64,000 bases of DNA, taken from assembly GCA_052327205.1 (NCBI GenBank), contig CM126230.1, positions 27,032,001-27,096,000 on the forward strand. The letters run 5' to 3'. The DNA is from Somniosus microcephalus (Eukaryota). The position numbers were made by a program, and so were the translations under genes. Below the pieces are notes generated by a model. The model was not told the DNA's origin. It did not search any database and saw nothing but the letters and a program-made list of their open reading frames with translations. Of this stretch, positions 12,045 through 24,554 are shown piece by piece; position 1 is the first letter of the stretch, and every line of letters begins with the position of its first letter.

Positions 12045-12795
12045 AAATAAACTAACAACAAAAATACATTAAATGAAACTTAACAAATTAAATTAAAATT
12101 TGGTTGCCGGGGGCGATGATGCACTCCAGTCCCTGCGGTACCCACCGGTCGCGGAAGGCCTCGAGCGTGCCAACAGACACCGTGTGCTCCGTCTCCAGGG
12201 CCACCCGGGCATGAACGTGGCCGCGGAAGAGAGGTAGGTAGTCGGGCCGAATGACCCCCTCGACCGCCCGCTTCCTGGACCAGTTGATGGCCACTTTGGC
12301 CAGGCCCAGGAGCAGTCCCACGGCCTGCCCGCTCCCCTCCGCACAGGGTGACCAAAGATCAGGTGCGTGGGACTGAAGTGCAGCCAAAAATCAAGGAGCA
12401 GCCCCTTCAAATAATGCAAGAGGGACTGCAACCTTTCACACTCCATATAAACATGGAACACGGACTCCTACAGGCTGTAGAAAAGGCAGGCAGCCTGGGA
12501 GTCCGTGAACCTACTTAAAACATTATTGCACGGGACTGCCCCATGCAACACCCTCCAGGCCAAGTCCCCAATAGATAAAGGGAGGACTCCCGCGTAGAGA
12601 GCCCTCTGGACGGCAAGATGGTTCGTCAAGGCGTGTCCGGACAGCAGACGAGGTGGCAAAGTGGAGGGTGTGCAAGAGCAGCCCATACAGGAAACCCCTC
12701 CCCGCAGAATGAAAAGGCACAGAGGGGATTTCCCGGAGACGGCTCAAGTTGATGACCTCTGTGTAGATTCCATCGGCGAAGACTTCAACAGCGCA
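12045..12795 (-). mobile_element. Tx1/L1-clade LINE, 3' part of ORF2 (frameshifted)
   Basis: GDLAWRVLHGAVPCN..AACLF...ESVFHVYMECERLQ (decayed CCHC zinc knuckle) ...LLLGLAKVAI...AFRDRW...NQILI*; T-rich tail. Confidence 0.8.
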
Positions 12796-15237
12796 CCTTG
12801 TGGAGGAGCAGGGTATCACTGACAGCAACCTCCAGTTTTCTGCTTTTAACTGCACATTTACGGACGTCAGAAGTTGCTGTCAGTTTTACCCTGTAATAAG
12901 GGCAAGCACTGACCACCTATAGTACAGCAAAACACAGCACGTCAGAAAAGCAATCCCTACTGCACCAGTTAGAACTTGTGGCAGGCTCCTGGAATCCTTT
13001 TGGGTTTAGCAGGTAAATCTAATTTGCTATTCTACTACTGGATTATGGGACATCTTTTAGTGGCCCATGCCCACTAAACCAGACAATGAATTTGAGATCA
13101 CACAAACTCTTTTCACATTGGGCCAGATAAGAAAAAGGAAAATGTCAACTCGTCAGTTAGGGCGAGATTCAAACCTGCCTCCCAGAGGTGAAATCACTGT
13201 GCCACCCAATCCTTCATTGTTAAAACATAAACACAGCTCTATATGTTTAGCGGCTCTGTGTCACTCACCTGGATCACAAATCTCATTCCTGATTATTTCC
13301 CTGATGTTGATGTGTTTACTTAGTTATAATTTGAACCCCATTATCACAATGTTTCATGTCATGAATAATCTGTATCATTTGTTTTAAATTACAATATTGT
13401 TTCCCAATTTGAAGAGAGGTATCACCACCCAACAACTTTTTTGAATCAAACATTCAATTACGATTAAGACAGGAAGAACGGCAAAGAATAATGACTTTCA
13501 GTACAATGTGCTCCTCCATATCAACAACAACCACAACGTTTGCATTTATATAGCATAGTAAAACATCTCAAGGCATTTAATCGTCGTTATTTTTTAAAGT
13601 TGAAGGTGTCTCTCACCTGGTAGAAGATTTTATTTTCAAGGCCACATCCCTTCCCATTAAGACCTGTTATTTCAAGTCTCCATTCCCCTTGGGAGCAATG
13701 TCGATTATATGTAGTACCTGGGTCACACTGTGAAGCCTGGAGTACTCAATTTCTTTAGGAGGCACTTCGGTTTGGTCTGAAGCTGTGCCGAGCAAGGAGA
13801 CCTAAGTGCTAGCTGTGTAGTGTTGTGTGCACCACAACATTACATTTTCCAAGCTGAGGCACTTCTGGAACAGCACTTTAAGCAGTCTGAAGTGTTACTC
13901 CCATTTAAACGAATGAAGCAGTTTTATAATGTAAACATCATCAGAATAGTTCTGGGTTAAATGCCAAAACGCCAAAGGAGGGGCATTTACACTAAAAAAA
14001 AATAGATCTCATATCTTCTCTAATTTTCAAACCACGGAATCAACCAGAAGGAACAAACCAGCGAATTACCTGTATGAAAGTAAGCTATTAAATGGTAGCA
14101 CTATAGATAACTCTTAGATTGTGGCATCATTCTGCAGAGCCATTGTTGCCATAAAGAAAAGTTGCATATACATATATTTGTGTCTGGACGAGATATTTTC
14201 TCAGATGCAGCCTCCTGTAATGCAAGTCTCCTGTAATCGGACTCTGCATCACTTACGATCAAGAGTTTACCTTTGCTGCCCAGTATCTAGTCATTTATAG
14301 CGCGACCCAAGACTGTAACAATGTAATACCTTGTTATATGAAGTGGATACTGTAACTCTGCACTTTCCACCATACTTGCTTCTCCAAACTTCCAAAAGGT
14401 AAACTAATTAGTTACCACTTTAGTGAGACAAATATGAATTCACAAACTGATTTATTTTACAACCAATAAGTGAATGAGCAGAGCAATATTTTGAAGTAAA
14501 TCTTATCTTACTTCAACTTATTTTCATAACATTCCTCATAACATAGAAAATATTGTACGCCACACTGGCCTTGCCCATATCACCCACATCCCAAGAACAA
14601 CTACTGTATAAAGAAAAGTGAGAAGTTTAGATGTTACCAAGGTGAGGAAAATGATGGAAACAACAATTTAGTGAGGTGATGGATGGAGATATTTTAGCAC
14701 AGTGATCGAACTCAGGATAAAGTGAGCAACAGGGACTCCAGAACAAACATTAGAGCATGTTTGGATCAGAAGTAGGAATATAAAGTATAGGAGGGAAGAT
14801 GTGAGGCTTGAGTTTCAAAGAGAAACAAAAGATGAGGGTACATGTCTGAAGATGGAAATGCACATAATCAATATTTGAGGAGATACCACAAACATTACAC
14901 AGATGGAGGTTAAAGTGAGAAGAGGAAGCAGTAGATATGGTGTTGGTGTCTCAGGGGCCACATACTCTGCCCTGGCTATAACAATCACAAAGTGTAGTGG
15001 AATGTATTGATGGACTGGTGGAGACAGAGATGAGATTTGGATTCCTTGTCTTTATTCAGGATTTACTACCAAATCAAACAAATGTAATCACACTGCATGG
15101 TGGTGTTCATGAGAAAAGATTGATAAAAATGCACTCCAGCCTTGAAACACGCCGATTAAAGGGGGCTTCAATGATGTATAAGATAGTAAATCAGTATAGA
15201 AAGGGTAAATCCAGAATAGCAGTCCAAGTTACACTGT

Positions 15238-15570
15238 AGGAACATAATAACATAGGAACAGGAGAAAGCCATTTAGCCCCTCGAGCCTGTTCTGCCATTC
15301 AATGAGATCATGGCTGATCTGTGACCTAACTCTGTATACGCTCTGACAAGGAGCACAGGTTAAACTTGTGAAAGACAAATTTAGCACTGAGGTCAGTAGG
15401 TTCTTCACACAGAGAGGAATCAACATATGAAATGAACTTCTGGGCAAGATAGTGGAGACAAAAATCCTGGAATCATTTAATAAGCAGTTGGACGCAGTGA
15501 GTGGCAGGGAAAGGGTGCTGTTGTGTTCTTTTTCTAGTTGGATAAGCTAGGATGAGCCAAATGGTAGTTC
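15238..15570. mobile_element. Two CR1 tail fragments in opposite orientation
   Basis: 15238-15340 is the reverse complement of the CR1 tail; 15345-15570 reads FFTQRGINI*NEL on +. Confidence 0.65.
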
Positions 15571-15619
15571 ACATCCTTCTGCCTGACCCAAAGAAAGTCA
15601 GAGGTAGACGTAGTAAACT

Positions 15620-16005
15620 CTTTTTATTTGTTTGGGGGATGTGGGCGTCGCTGGCAAGGCCAGCATTTATTGCCCATCCCTAGTTGCCCTCGAGAAGGTG
15701 GTGGTGAGCTGCCTTCTTGAACCGCTGCAGTCCGTGTGGTAAAGGTGCTCCCACAGTGCTGTTAGGGAGGGAGTTCCAGGATTTTGACCCAGTGACGATG
15801 TTGTGTGACTTGGAGGTGGTGGTGTTCCCATGCGTCTGCTGCCCTTGTCCTTCTAGGTGGAAGAGGTCGCGGGTTTGGGAGGTGCTGCTGACGAAGCCTT
15901 GGCGAGTTGCTGCACTGCATCTTGTAGATGGTACACACTGCAGCCATAGTGCGCCGGTGGTGGAGGGAGTGAATGTTTAAGGTGGTGGATGGGGTGCCAA
16001 TCAAG
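15620..16005 (-). mobile_element. CR1/L2-group LINE 3' end
   Basis: IGTPSTTLNIHSLHHRRTMAAVCTIYKM..., AATAAA and A-rich tail on minus. Confidence 0.8.
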
Positions 16006-16639
16006 CAAACTAAACTCAGATCCAGATCATCTGATGTCTCCGGTTTGTCGAATTTGGTGGGATGACCAAGTCAAAGCATAAAGCTATGATGTGATTACAG
16101 TAGGTTTCTTTAATTCCACCTGTATACAGTATGACACACAGCTCTATGAAGTTTGTTGCAAATATATTCACCTGGCATGGTTGCCTAATCACAAAAACAG
16201 TTTAGATTCGAAGTGCAGAGGAAATCATTTCATGTATAACACTTTTGAGTTTCAAATGTGCTGGAAAGTAATTTACTAAACTAGCCAGATGATTTATGCA
16301 GGCCTATTAAAAAAAACTCTACTTTGGTTTCCAAAAATACTTACTGGAAGACTTGCTCATCTCTGTATTATTTTCGGCTACTGACTAACAAGATTTGAAA
16401 AAAACTTTCAATCTGCAATAATTTCAATAATGATCAGACAAAGCCATACTGAGAAAACATATAATCTAGTTTAATTTTATGCCAAGTCTGTTCTTGTTAG
16501 GAGGCGGCAGGGGGGTTGGGGGGGGGGGGGGGGGCGGGAGGGTTGCTTAGTAACCTTTGAAGCGCAGAGCAAATTTTGTTCGATAATGGCTCCTGTGACA
16601 TTTTACTGCGTTAAAGGTGCTATATAAATGTGAAATCAC

Positions 16640-16892
16640 CATAGAAACAGGAGGCCGCCATTCGGCCCATCTTGTCCGTGCCGGCCCACAAAGAACTATC
16701 CAGCCTAATCCCACTTTCCACACCTGTAGGTTACGGCACTTCAAGTGCATATCCAAGTACTTTTTAAATGTAATGAGGGTTTCTGCCTCTACCACCCTTT
16801 CAGGCAGCGAGTTCCAGACCCCCACCACCCTCTGGGTGAAAAAAAATTCTCCTCAAATCCCCTCTAACCCTTCCCCCAATTACTTTAAATCT
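16640..16892 (-). mobile_element. CR1 3' fragment
   Basis: FTQRVVGVWNSLPERVVEAETLITFKKYLD. Confidence 0.85.
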
Positions 16893-16900
16893 ATTACGAT

Positions 16901-17032
16901 AGCAAAATGCTGCGGATGCTGTAAATCCGAAATAACAACAGAAAACGCTGGAAAAACTCAGCAGGCCAGGCGACATCCGTGGAGAGAGAAACAGAGCCAA
17001 CGTTTCGGGTCGGGGGACCCTTCGGCAGAACT
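16901..17032 (-). mobile_element. Penelope-like terminal fragment inserted in CR1
   Basis: Similar to 9621-9750; ctttaaatctat occurs on both sides of the insert. Confidence 0.7.
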
Positions 17033-17098
17033 TTAAATCTATGCCCCTTTTATTCCCCCCTTCTATTCCCCCCTTCAGCCCTTCCACAACTCGCCAAA

Positions 17099-17171
17099 TG
17101 TTTCTGTGTGGCTTTGAACCCAGGACCTTTAACATGTTAAGCACACGTGATAACCATTAAACTGCAGGAAC
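17099..17171 (-). pseudogene. tRNA-Val(AAC) pseudogene
   Basis: 73 nt, GTTCCTGCAGTTTAATGGTTATCACGTGTGCTTAACATGTTAAAGGTCCTGGGTTCAAAGCCACACAGAAACA. Aligns without gaps to recalled vertebrate tRNA-Val-AAC with about 19 substitutions (hand count), many at CpG; stems are broken. Confidence 0.8.
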
Positions 17172-18176
17172 AGCCCCAGTAGGTTGTTGTTGTTGTGCAA
17201 CTAGTATAAGAATAGTATTTGCTCACCAGGGTAGGGTCAAATATGTGGAGGCCAGCAGTAGGTCAATCCACAAACCTGCTACTAATTACCTCTCGCAAAG
17301 ATAATATTCCCATTCTTCATTTTCTAAATGCTGAGCCTCGAGCATTTGAAATATAAATTAGGCAGATTTGGTGTTAATTCATCGCCACTGTGCACGAATT
17401 GGAAACTCCCCAGAATATATCAGTGAACTTGATGTGGCGGAGACCACAAAGGGACAATAAACACAATTCACTTTGTATAGCAATGCTGTGGTATGTACAT
17501 GCTGGGTTAGGTTATTGGTGCAGGGTCCCTTTAAGAGCGTCGGGGACGTGATGACGTCGGTTGCGTGATGACGTCATAGCCCCTGCATGGGGCTGGGCTT
17601 TCAGACCGTGTGGAGATGTGATTAAAGTAAGACACGTTTTGTTTTTGCCTAAAGAAAAGTCTCAGCCTGTTGATTTCTGTCGATCCCAACACTGAAATAA
17701 TTATATCTGCACCATGGGCTGTGCCCTGGGAGGGGGGAGAGAGAACCAGTACCAATGTCTTTGGAAAAAATAGCTCGCAAGCTTTTTGTTCCAGAAGTAA
17801 CAGTATTTGATACAATTTATTCTATTGCACCATGTCTCTGTTAGAAAACAAAAATGTTTTTCCAGGTTATTTTTTAGTACGGCTGTGTTCCTTTAAGATG
17901 ATTTTACGGTTCCAAACTTACCGCCAGTATGCATTCTTTCTTGTCTCTGAGCAGTGATGTAAACAGACTACTGAGAGCTTGGTTTGAGTATAAAACAAGG
18001 CTTTAATCAACCGTTTCAAAACCATGAGATTCTAGTTACATCACTAGTTCCTGGTTACAGAAACATCCTGAGCAAGCTGGGCCCACACCAGAGTGTTACT
18101 TCATGAGTCATGATAAGATTCATGACAAGCAGCAACTGAGATATCGCTGTTGTTGATGAGGGGCAGGCTAACAGTA

Positions 18177-18511
18177 CAGGAAACTTTGTTATATCCGGCA
18201 CCGACGGGACTGAGCTGTTGCCAATCTATCAAAACTGCCGGACATACCAGCGTTAATGTTGAAGCATACGGAGGTTTTCATCTCCGTATCTGACAACCAA
18301 CACTGTTGCTTAGCAACAGCTTCAAACAGTCGGCCCGTACCTTGGAAGCGTCTCTGTAGCTTAGCAACAGCTTCTGAGAGACTTTCCAGAGCCTGACTGT
18401 TGGGAAAAAAAAGCCACGAGAAGAAAAAAAACCTAACAAAACAGCTCCTGATTTCTGCCGGTAGATCAAGGTTTCCGGACATACAACCTCCGGATAAACC
18501 AAAGTCTCCTG
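18177..18511. mobile_element. MITE copy 3
   Basis: TA|CAGGAAACTTTG ... CAAAGTCTCCTG|TA; nearly identical to 23972-24305. Confidence 0.9.
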
Positions 18512-18564
18512 TACCACCAACCCATGTGAAATTATTTTGTAGTACATTCCTCATAGATGCCGAT

Positions 18565-19460
18565 TTCCTCACCACCACCTCTCTCGACCCGCCCGCTGCC
18601 TATAATTTGTCACGCTGCTTGTCCGACATCCAGGATTGGATGAGCAGAAATTTCCTCCAATTAAATATTGGGAAGACCGAACACATTGTATTCGGCACCT
18701 GCCACAAATTCCGTTCGCTCTCCACTGATTCGATCCCCTCCCTGGCAAATGTCTGAGGCTGAGCCAAAGTGTTTGCAACCACGGCATCCTATTTGACCCT
18801 GAGCTGAGCTTCCGCTAACCCATATCCTCTCCATCATCAAGACCGCCTACTTCCACCTCCATAATATCACTTGCCTCAGCGCATCAGCTATTGAAACGCA
18901 CAGCCATGCCTTTGTTAGCTCCAGATTAGACTACTCCAATGCTCTCCCAGTCAGCCTCCCATCTTCCACACTCCGTAACCATGAGCTCACCCAAAACTCT
19001 GCGGAACGTACCCTAACTCAGCTGTCCTGGTTTCCCATCAGCCCTGTGCTCGCTGACTTAAATTGGCTCCCAGTCCAGCAATGCCTCACATTTAAAATTC
19101 TCATCCTTGTGGTCAAATCCCTCCATGGCCTCGCCCCTCCTTCAGCCCTACAACCCTTCGAGAACTCTGCGTTCCTCCACTCTGGCCTCTTGTGTACCCC
19201 CAATTTCCAAACCCCACCATTGACGGCCGTGCCTTCAGCTGTCTCGGCCCCAAGCTCTGGAATTCCCTCCGTAAACCTCTCCGCCTCTCTCTCCTCCTTT
19301 AAGACGTTCCTTAAAACCTACCTCTTTGACCAAACTGTTGGTCATCTGCCCTAATATCTCCTGGTGTAGCTCGGTGTCAGATTCTGTCTGATAACACTAA
19401 TGTGAAGCGTCTTGAGACGTTTTACTACATTAAAGGCGCTATATAAATGCAGGTTGTAAT
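18565..19460 (+). mobile_element. L2-type LINE 3' fragment
   Basis: LSRCLSDIQDWMSRNFLQLNIGKTE; LADLNWLPVQQ; FKTFLKTYLFDQ; tail aaaggcgctatataaatgcaggttg. Confidence 0.9.
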
Positions 19461-20782
19461 AGACCATATTTGGTCATCACACATTAACACTTTTGCCTTC
19501 CCTCCCCACAGTTATCTCCTCCTCTCGTCTCTTCCTTGAGGCATCAGCTAATCCTAGGCAATGGTTCTGCAGGTCCATTTCCTTCCTCCCACTTGCAACT
19601 CTGCAGCACCTCATCTAAGTGGCTATTTTTCACGTGAATCTCGTCAGTCAGTTTAGGTAGGCTACTTGACTGCACACTCTGATTTTCCAACAAGAGGTTA
19701 CTGACAGCAAGTAGGAGTAGGAACACTGGCTAAACTCAGCATTTTGCACACTGCCATACTACCTGAAAGTTGGCTCTGGTTTTCTGAAAATAAAGGTTTT
19801 TCATACATGTGAATTCCTGATCTGTATTGTCCTTGATTCCAAAAATGCAGCCACCAGGATAGAAAAGATTCCCACCAACTGGAATCTAGATGAGCATATG
19901 TAATAGGTGATGGTAATTTTTTTGGTTTAATACATAAAGCTGCTACTCACATACCCAGCACTAGTACCCATGAACTTGGGTATTTGCAGTTTCTTTAGAA
20001 GCAGGATCTGAGAGATTTGCCTCCGCAAATGTAACTCGCCAAAGTGATTTAGTGAGTGCTTAAGTAAAAGACTAAATGGGGGAATGAGATTGAGTAAGAA
20101 CTGAGTCAGACTGTAAGCGTGTATGAGAGTAAAGGGGCGAGTGTACGAGGATGTTACCGAGTGAAAACTACAGTGACCGAGTGAATTAAAGAGTTTGAGT
20201 GAGTGAATAAGAGTGTCAGTGAAAGTGAGTGTGAATCAATGAGTGTGAGTGAACACAAGTGTGTCAGTGAGTAGGTGCAGCAGAATGAGCCTGAGTCAGT
20301 AACTGAGTAGTAAGAATCATCGTAATTCTCAGTAATCGTAATCAAGGGAGCACACAGAAGGCTCCAACCTCAGTGCTCACCTCAAGTGGGAGAAGATGAC
20401 GAAATTCTGTCCTTACGAACTGCCACTCGACTTATACAAGCATTCAATGCAGCTAAAGAACGAACAACTCGTTTGAGTTGTCATACTGCTCATATACTGA
20501 AATAACATAGGAGTTTCAAGACTTTTACAATCGTTCAATGTCATTTACTCGTGTTATTTATTGCTCATCATGTTTGTCAACTATATTTGTGTTACCAATT
20601 ACAAGCATGCCTTTTCATGATTGTGCGTGCGGATTTGATAGATCGTGTAGGTAGTATTTGGTATTATTTGTCTAGTAAAATGTACAGGCTCCAAACGAAC
20701 CTTGGTATGGGGCCACTCCCATGGCAAATTCTTTTAAGTGTAGTCAATGTTATATCGGCAAATGTGGTAGCCAATTTGCACA

Positions 20783-22325
20783 AGGATGAATTTTCCCAGC
20801 GGGTCCGTGGCAGGCGACGTCCGTGGCCTTTGGGGACCTCGCATCTGTCTCGATCCCGCCCTTCAACAAGATTTTACGTTGATTGGGCTTCTTAAGCCTG
20901 CCCTGCGAGGTTTCCGGCCAATTAATAGGAAGTGGGTCTGATGACATCATTTGATGACACGTCATCAGCCGGTTTCCTTAAAGGGGCCATGTCCAAATTG
21001 ATTTTGATAGTTCTGCTGTCAATGTTCTGCAGCATTGATGTGCTGCAAACACTGACAAGCACTGCACAAAGGTGCACGGCTGCACCCAGGCTCACGCATG
21101 ACTCCCTCCATGGAAGGAGTCACAGCACGCAGGGAGATTCTCTTCCTTTCCAATGGGCAGAAGACACCTCCCCAGGGCACCAACACAGCCTGGTTGCACA
21201 TTGCACAGGATACAAGCAGGGATGTCATCAGGAGGACCAGGCTGCAGTGGCACTAACCTTTTAATGATCTCAGTGGATCACGAAATGTTACTGCAAAGCC
21301 ACAATCAACCTCATTCTGCTGTACCACTCATCACATCCCCATCACTCTGCCTTCCCTACTCTACTCCTGCACATCCTTACTCACACCAACTTACCTTGCA
21401 TCTCCACCCATCCCTCTCTATCTACATTGTCACTTCCCCATCTCACTCACCCTCATCCTAGTCCAATCATACCAATTAACAACACACAAGGGTAGGCACT
21501 TGGGTGTTTTATGCAATGTTCATGTGAAGTTTCTGTTAATGTGGTGTCAAACATTGAAATCTTTATTTTCAACACTTTGCCTTCTTGGACAGATTTGTGT
21601 GCAACTTTGGAAGTGGCTTAGTGAATTGCAGTGAATGGTGAGACATAAGGGTACCCCCCGCAATGGTGAGGAGTGTGAAAGGAATGGCTTGGGCATTGTA
21701 GGGATGCTTTATAGTGCTGGTGTGGGGTGGTGCCAACCTGGTGCATCATGTGGCAGTCAGGGTGCACAGCATCAAATGAAGTAAATCTGGCCATGGTGAT
21801 GCAATCGCTGGCCTCCCGGGCAGCAATGTGGTCGGGTGCTGATGCCCTGTGCAGCATCAGGTGATTGCGGAGAAGGTTGGGGTTGCTGTTGGTGATGCTG
21901 GTGTGCCTGGTGATGTTGGTGTTGGGGCTGATTGTGGTGGGACTCTGAGGACCAAGGTGAGATAGGCTCAAGGGCACCGATGCTGATGTAATAGATGGCA
22001 GGTGAGGTTCAGATGACAGAAGCGGTGTGTCAATGGTGAGAGAGCTTGCTCCAAGGAGGTGACACTGGATAGAGAGTTTGCTCCAAACACTTCAAGCCTC
22101 CAAAAAGCTGAAAAGTGTATTCCAAATCCTGAAGGCTCCAGCCTCTATGATTTGAAATTGAACAGCTGTGAAATGGTAGCTTTTAAACCACTTTTGCAAC
22201 TGTCAACTATTCACAGCAATGGAGAGTCATTGAGAACCCGACACACTTACCTGACGTGATCCCCAAGCGCCGGGAACCTCGTAAAAAAAATGGTAAAATC
22301 ATTCGGACCTGGTAAAATTCTGCTT
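20783..22325 (+). mobile_element. PIF/Harbinger-like element with decayed Myb/SANT-like ORF
   Basis: Imperfect TIRs ggatgaattttcccag / ctggtaaaattctgc. With frameshifts, 21079-21271 reads AAPR..HDSL..EGVTARREILF...TAWLHIAQ...RRTRLQW...FNDL. An alternative right end (aaaattcagccc) is at 23178. Confidence 0.6.
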
Positions 22326-22330
22326 AAATA

Positions 22331-22994
22331 CCAGCAGGCGGTTAAGAAGGCAAATGGTATGTTGGCCTTCGTAGCAAGAGGGTTTGAGTACAGGAACAAG
22401 GATGTCTTGCTACAGTTGTACAGGGCCTTGGTGAGACCGCACCTTGAGTATTGTGTGCAGTTTTGGTTGCCTTACCTGAGGAAGGACATTCTTGCCATGG
22501 AAGGAGTGCAGCGAAGATTCACCAGGCTGATACCTGGGATGGCAGGAATGACGTATGAGGAGAGATTGTGTCGATTGGGCTTATACTCACTGGAGTTTAG
22601 AAGATTGAGGGGGGATCTCATCGAAACCTATAAAATTCTGTCAGGCCTGGACAGACTAGATGCAGGAAGGATGTTTCTGATGGCTGGGGAGTCCAGGACC
22701 AGGGGTCATAGTCTAAGAATAAGGGGTAAGCCATTTAGGACTGAAATGAGGAGGAATTTCTTCACCCAGAGAGTGGTGAACCTGTGGAATTCTCTGCCAC
22801 AGAGGGCAGTGGAGGCCAGTTCATTAAATATATTCAAGAAAGAGTTGGATATATTTCTTAAGGCTAAAGGGATCAAGGGATATGGGGAGAAGGCAGGGAC
22901 AGGGTACTGAATTTGGATGATCAGCCATGATCTCATTGAATGGCGGAGCAGGCTCGAAGGGCCTACTCCTGCTCCTATCCTCTATGTTTCTATG
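22331..22994 (+). mobile_element. Young 5'-truncated CR1 LINE (ORF2 C-terminus intact)
   Basis: QQAVKKANGMLAF...LVRPHLEYCVQFW...RRLRGDLIETYKI...FFTQRVVNLWNSLP...GIKGYG*; (tctatgt)n tail. Confidence 0.95.
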
Positions 22995-23261
22995 AAGCAG
23001 CTTCTTCAGTATCTCAATTGCCTGACCCGCCGCTTAGTGCCGGGTCTGCAAACCGCAGGCAGGGCCGGCACTTGGGAAATGAACAAGGAGGCGGGTTCAG
23101 AGCGGACTTCCGTCCCGTTGTCAATCACTGCCATTTTGACAGTGGACTCGCATTCTGAGTGCCAGCAAAATTCAGCCCAATGTCTCACAAACAGTTAAGT
23201 GAGGTAAATGGCAGTTAATCTGCAAGGTTGGTTGAAGGAAGATCGGTGGGTTCGACATCAT

Positions 23262-23585
23262 AAGAACTACCCTGCTCTTTTCTGAATAGGGCCCAAAAAA
23301 TCTTTTCCATGCACCAGAACAGGCAGACAGTTTTACATAGAAGATAGGTGCAGGAGTAGGCCATTCGGCCCCTCGAGCCTATTCCGCCATTTAATGAGAT
23401 CACGGCTGATCATCCAAACGCAGTACCCTGACCCTGCTTTCTCCCCATATCCCTTGATCCCTTTAATAGAAACATCCGAAAAGCAGCATCTCCAACAATG
23501 CAGCCCGCCCTCAGTACTACACTGAAGCATCAGCGTAGATTATGAAGCAGGACTGAACCCACAACTTTCCAATTCGAGTGCGATA
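23262..23585 (-). mobile_element. Deu-domain SINE remnant interrupted by a CR1 tail (23337-23466)
   Basis: ccctgctctttttctgaatag and catccgaaaagcagcatctccaacaatgcagc segments resemble SacSINE1/AmnSINE1-type repeats and the copies at 32565 and 60020. Confidence 0.55.
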
Positions 23586-23971
23586 AAATAAGCCAAGCGG
23601 ACTCTTAATGACTAATACACACTGTATCTTTTATAGTATGCTTCTCACAAACTGAAAATTACAAATTAAAAAGAAAAACAAGTGAATCTAAATTTAGGAG
23701 GTATTTGGCAAATCCACTGAGAGAAAAAACAGAAAGAATTCAAGTAGAGCAGCAGTGGATGACATTTGACCTGTCAGCACCATCAAGACATACGTGAACA
23801 TATAAAAGCCTCCCAATACGACAAACTTCCTTTCACAAAGAAAACAGACAAGTTTTAGGCTTCCCCCTCACCCGTGAGGTGTTTAGTTACAAACGAGTTA
23901 TTTTGGAAATGGTAGCTCAACTTTGAGAGCAATTTCAAATGCAATCTGAAAATTACGTGCAATCTCATTTA

Positions 23972-24305
23972 CAGGAAACTTTGTGCTATCCGGCACCGAC
24001 GGGACGGCAACAGCTCGGTCCCATCAAAACTGCCGGACATACCAGCGTTAATGTTGAAGCATACGGAGGTTTTCATCTCCGTATCTGACAACAAACACTG
24101 TTGCTTAGCAACAGCCCCAAACAGTCGGCCCGTACCTTGGAAGCGTCTCTGTAGCTTAGCAACAGCTTCAGAGAGACTTTCCAGAGCCTGACTGTTGAAA
24201 AAAAAAGCCACGAGAAGAAAAAAAACCTAACAAAACGGCTCCTGATTTCTGCCGGTAGATCGAGGTTTCCGGACATACAACCTCCGGATAAACCAAAGTC
24301 TCCTG
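23972..24305. mobile_element. MITE copy 4
   Basis: TA|CAGGAAACTTTG ... CAAAGTCTCCTG|TA. Confidence 0.9.
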
Positions 24306-24554
24306 TACCGTGATGGTAAAAGGAAATGTTGAGCCAAGCAACATGTTCAGCCAGAATTTCTGCCCACTAGCTGAATGGGTGGATCAGGTATTGATCATGA
24401 AGCAGTGCAACCAGGTGTTGAAGCTCTCAGTGCTTCCAGCCATAACTGCCATCAGATACTTGAACCTCATCATCGGTCATATTTTGCCAGCTCTCAGCCT
24501 ACTTAGGACAGGGGAAGAGGAGTGGGAGAGAGACATGAAAAAAAGGCACTGATA

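Noticed and set aside
16505-16540. Long G homopolymers (also ~2095, ~30942, ~34335, ~38685)
   Set aside because: Frequent throughout the window, lengths are error-prone, and there is no specific context.
20100-20310. GAGT-rich stretch
   Set aside because: Decayed simple repeat with no stable period or coding signal.
22290-22910. 206-aa ORF as a host gene
   Set aside because: It is the CR1 ORF2 C-terminus with a fortuitous upstream ATG.
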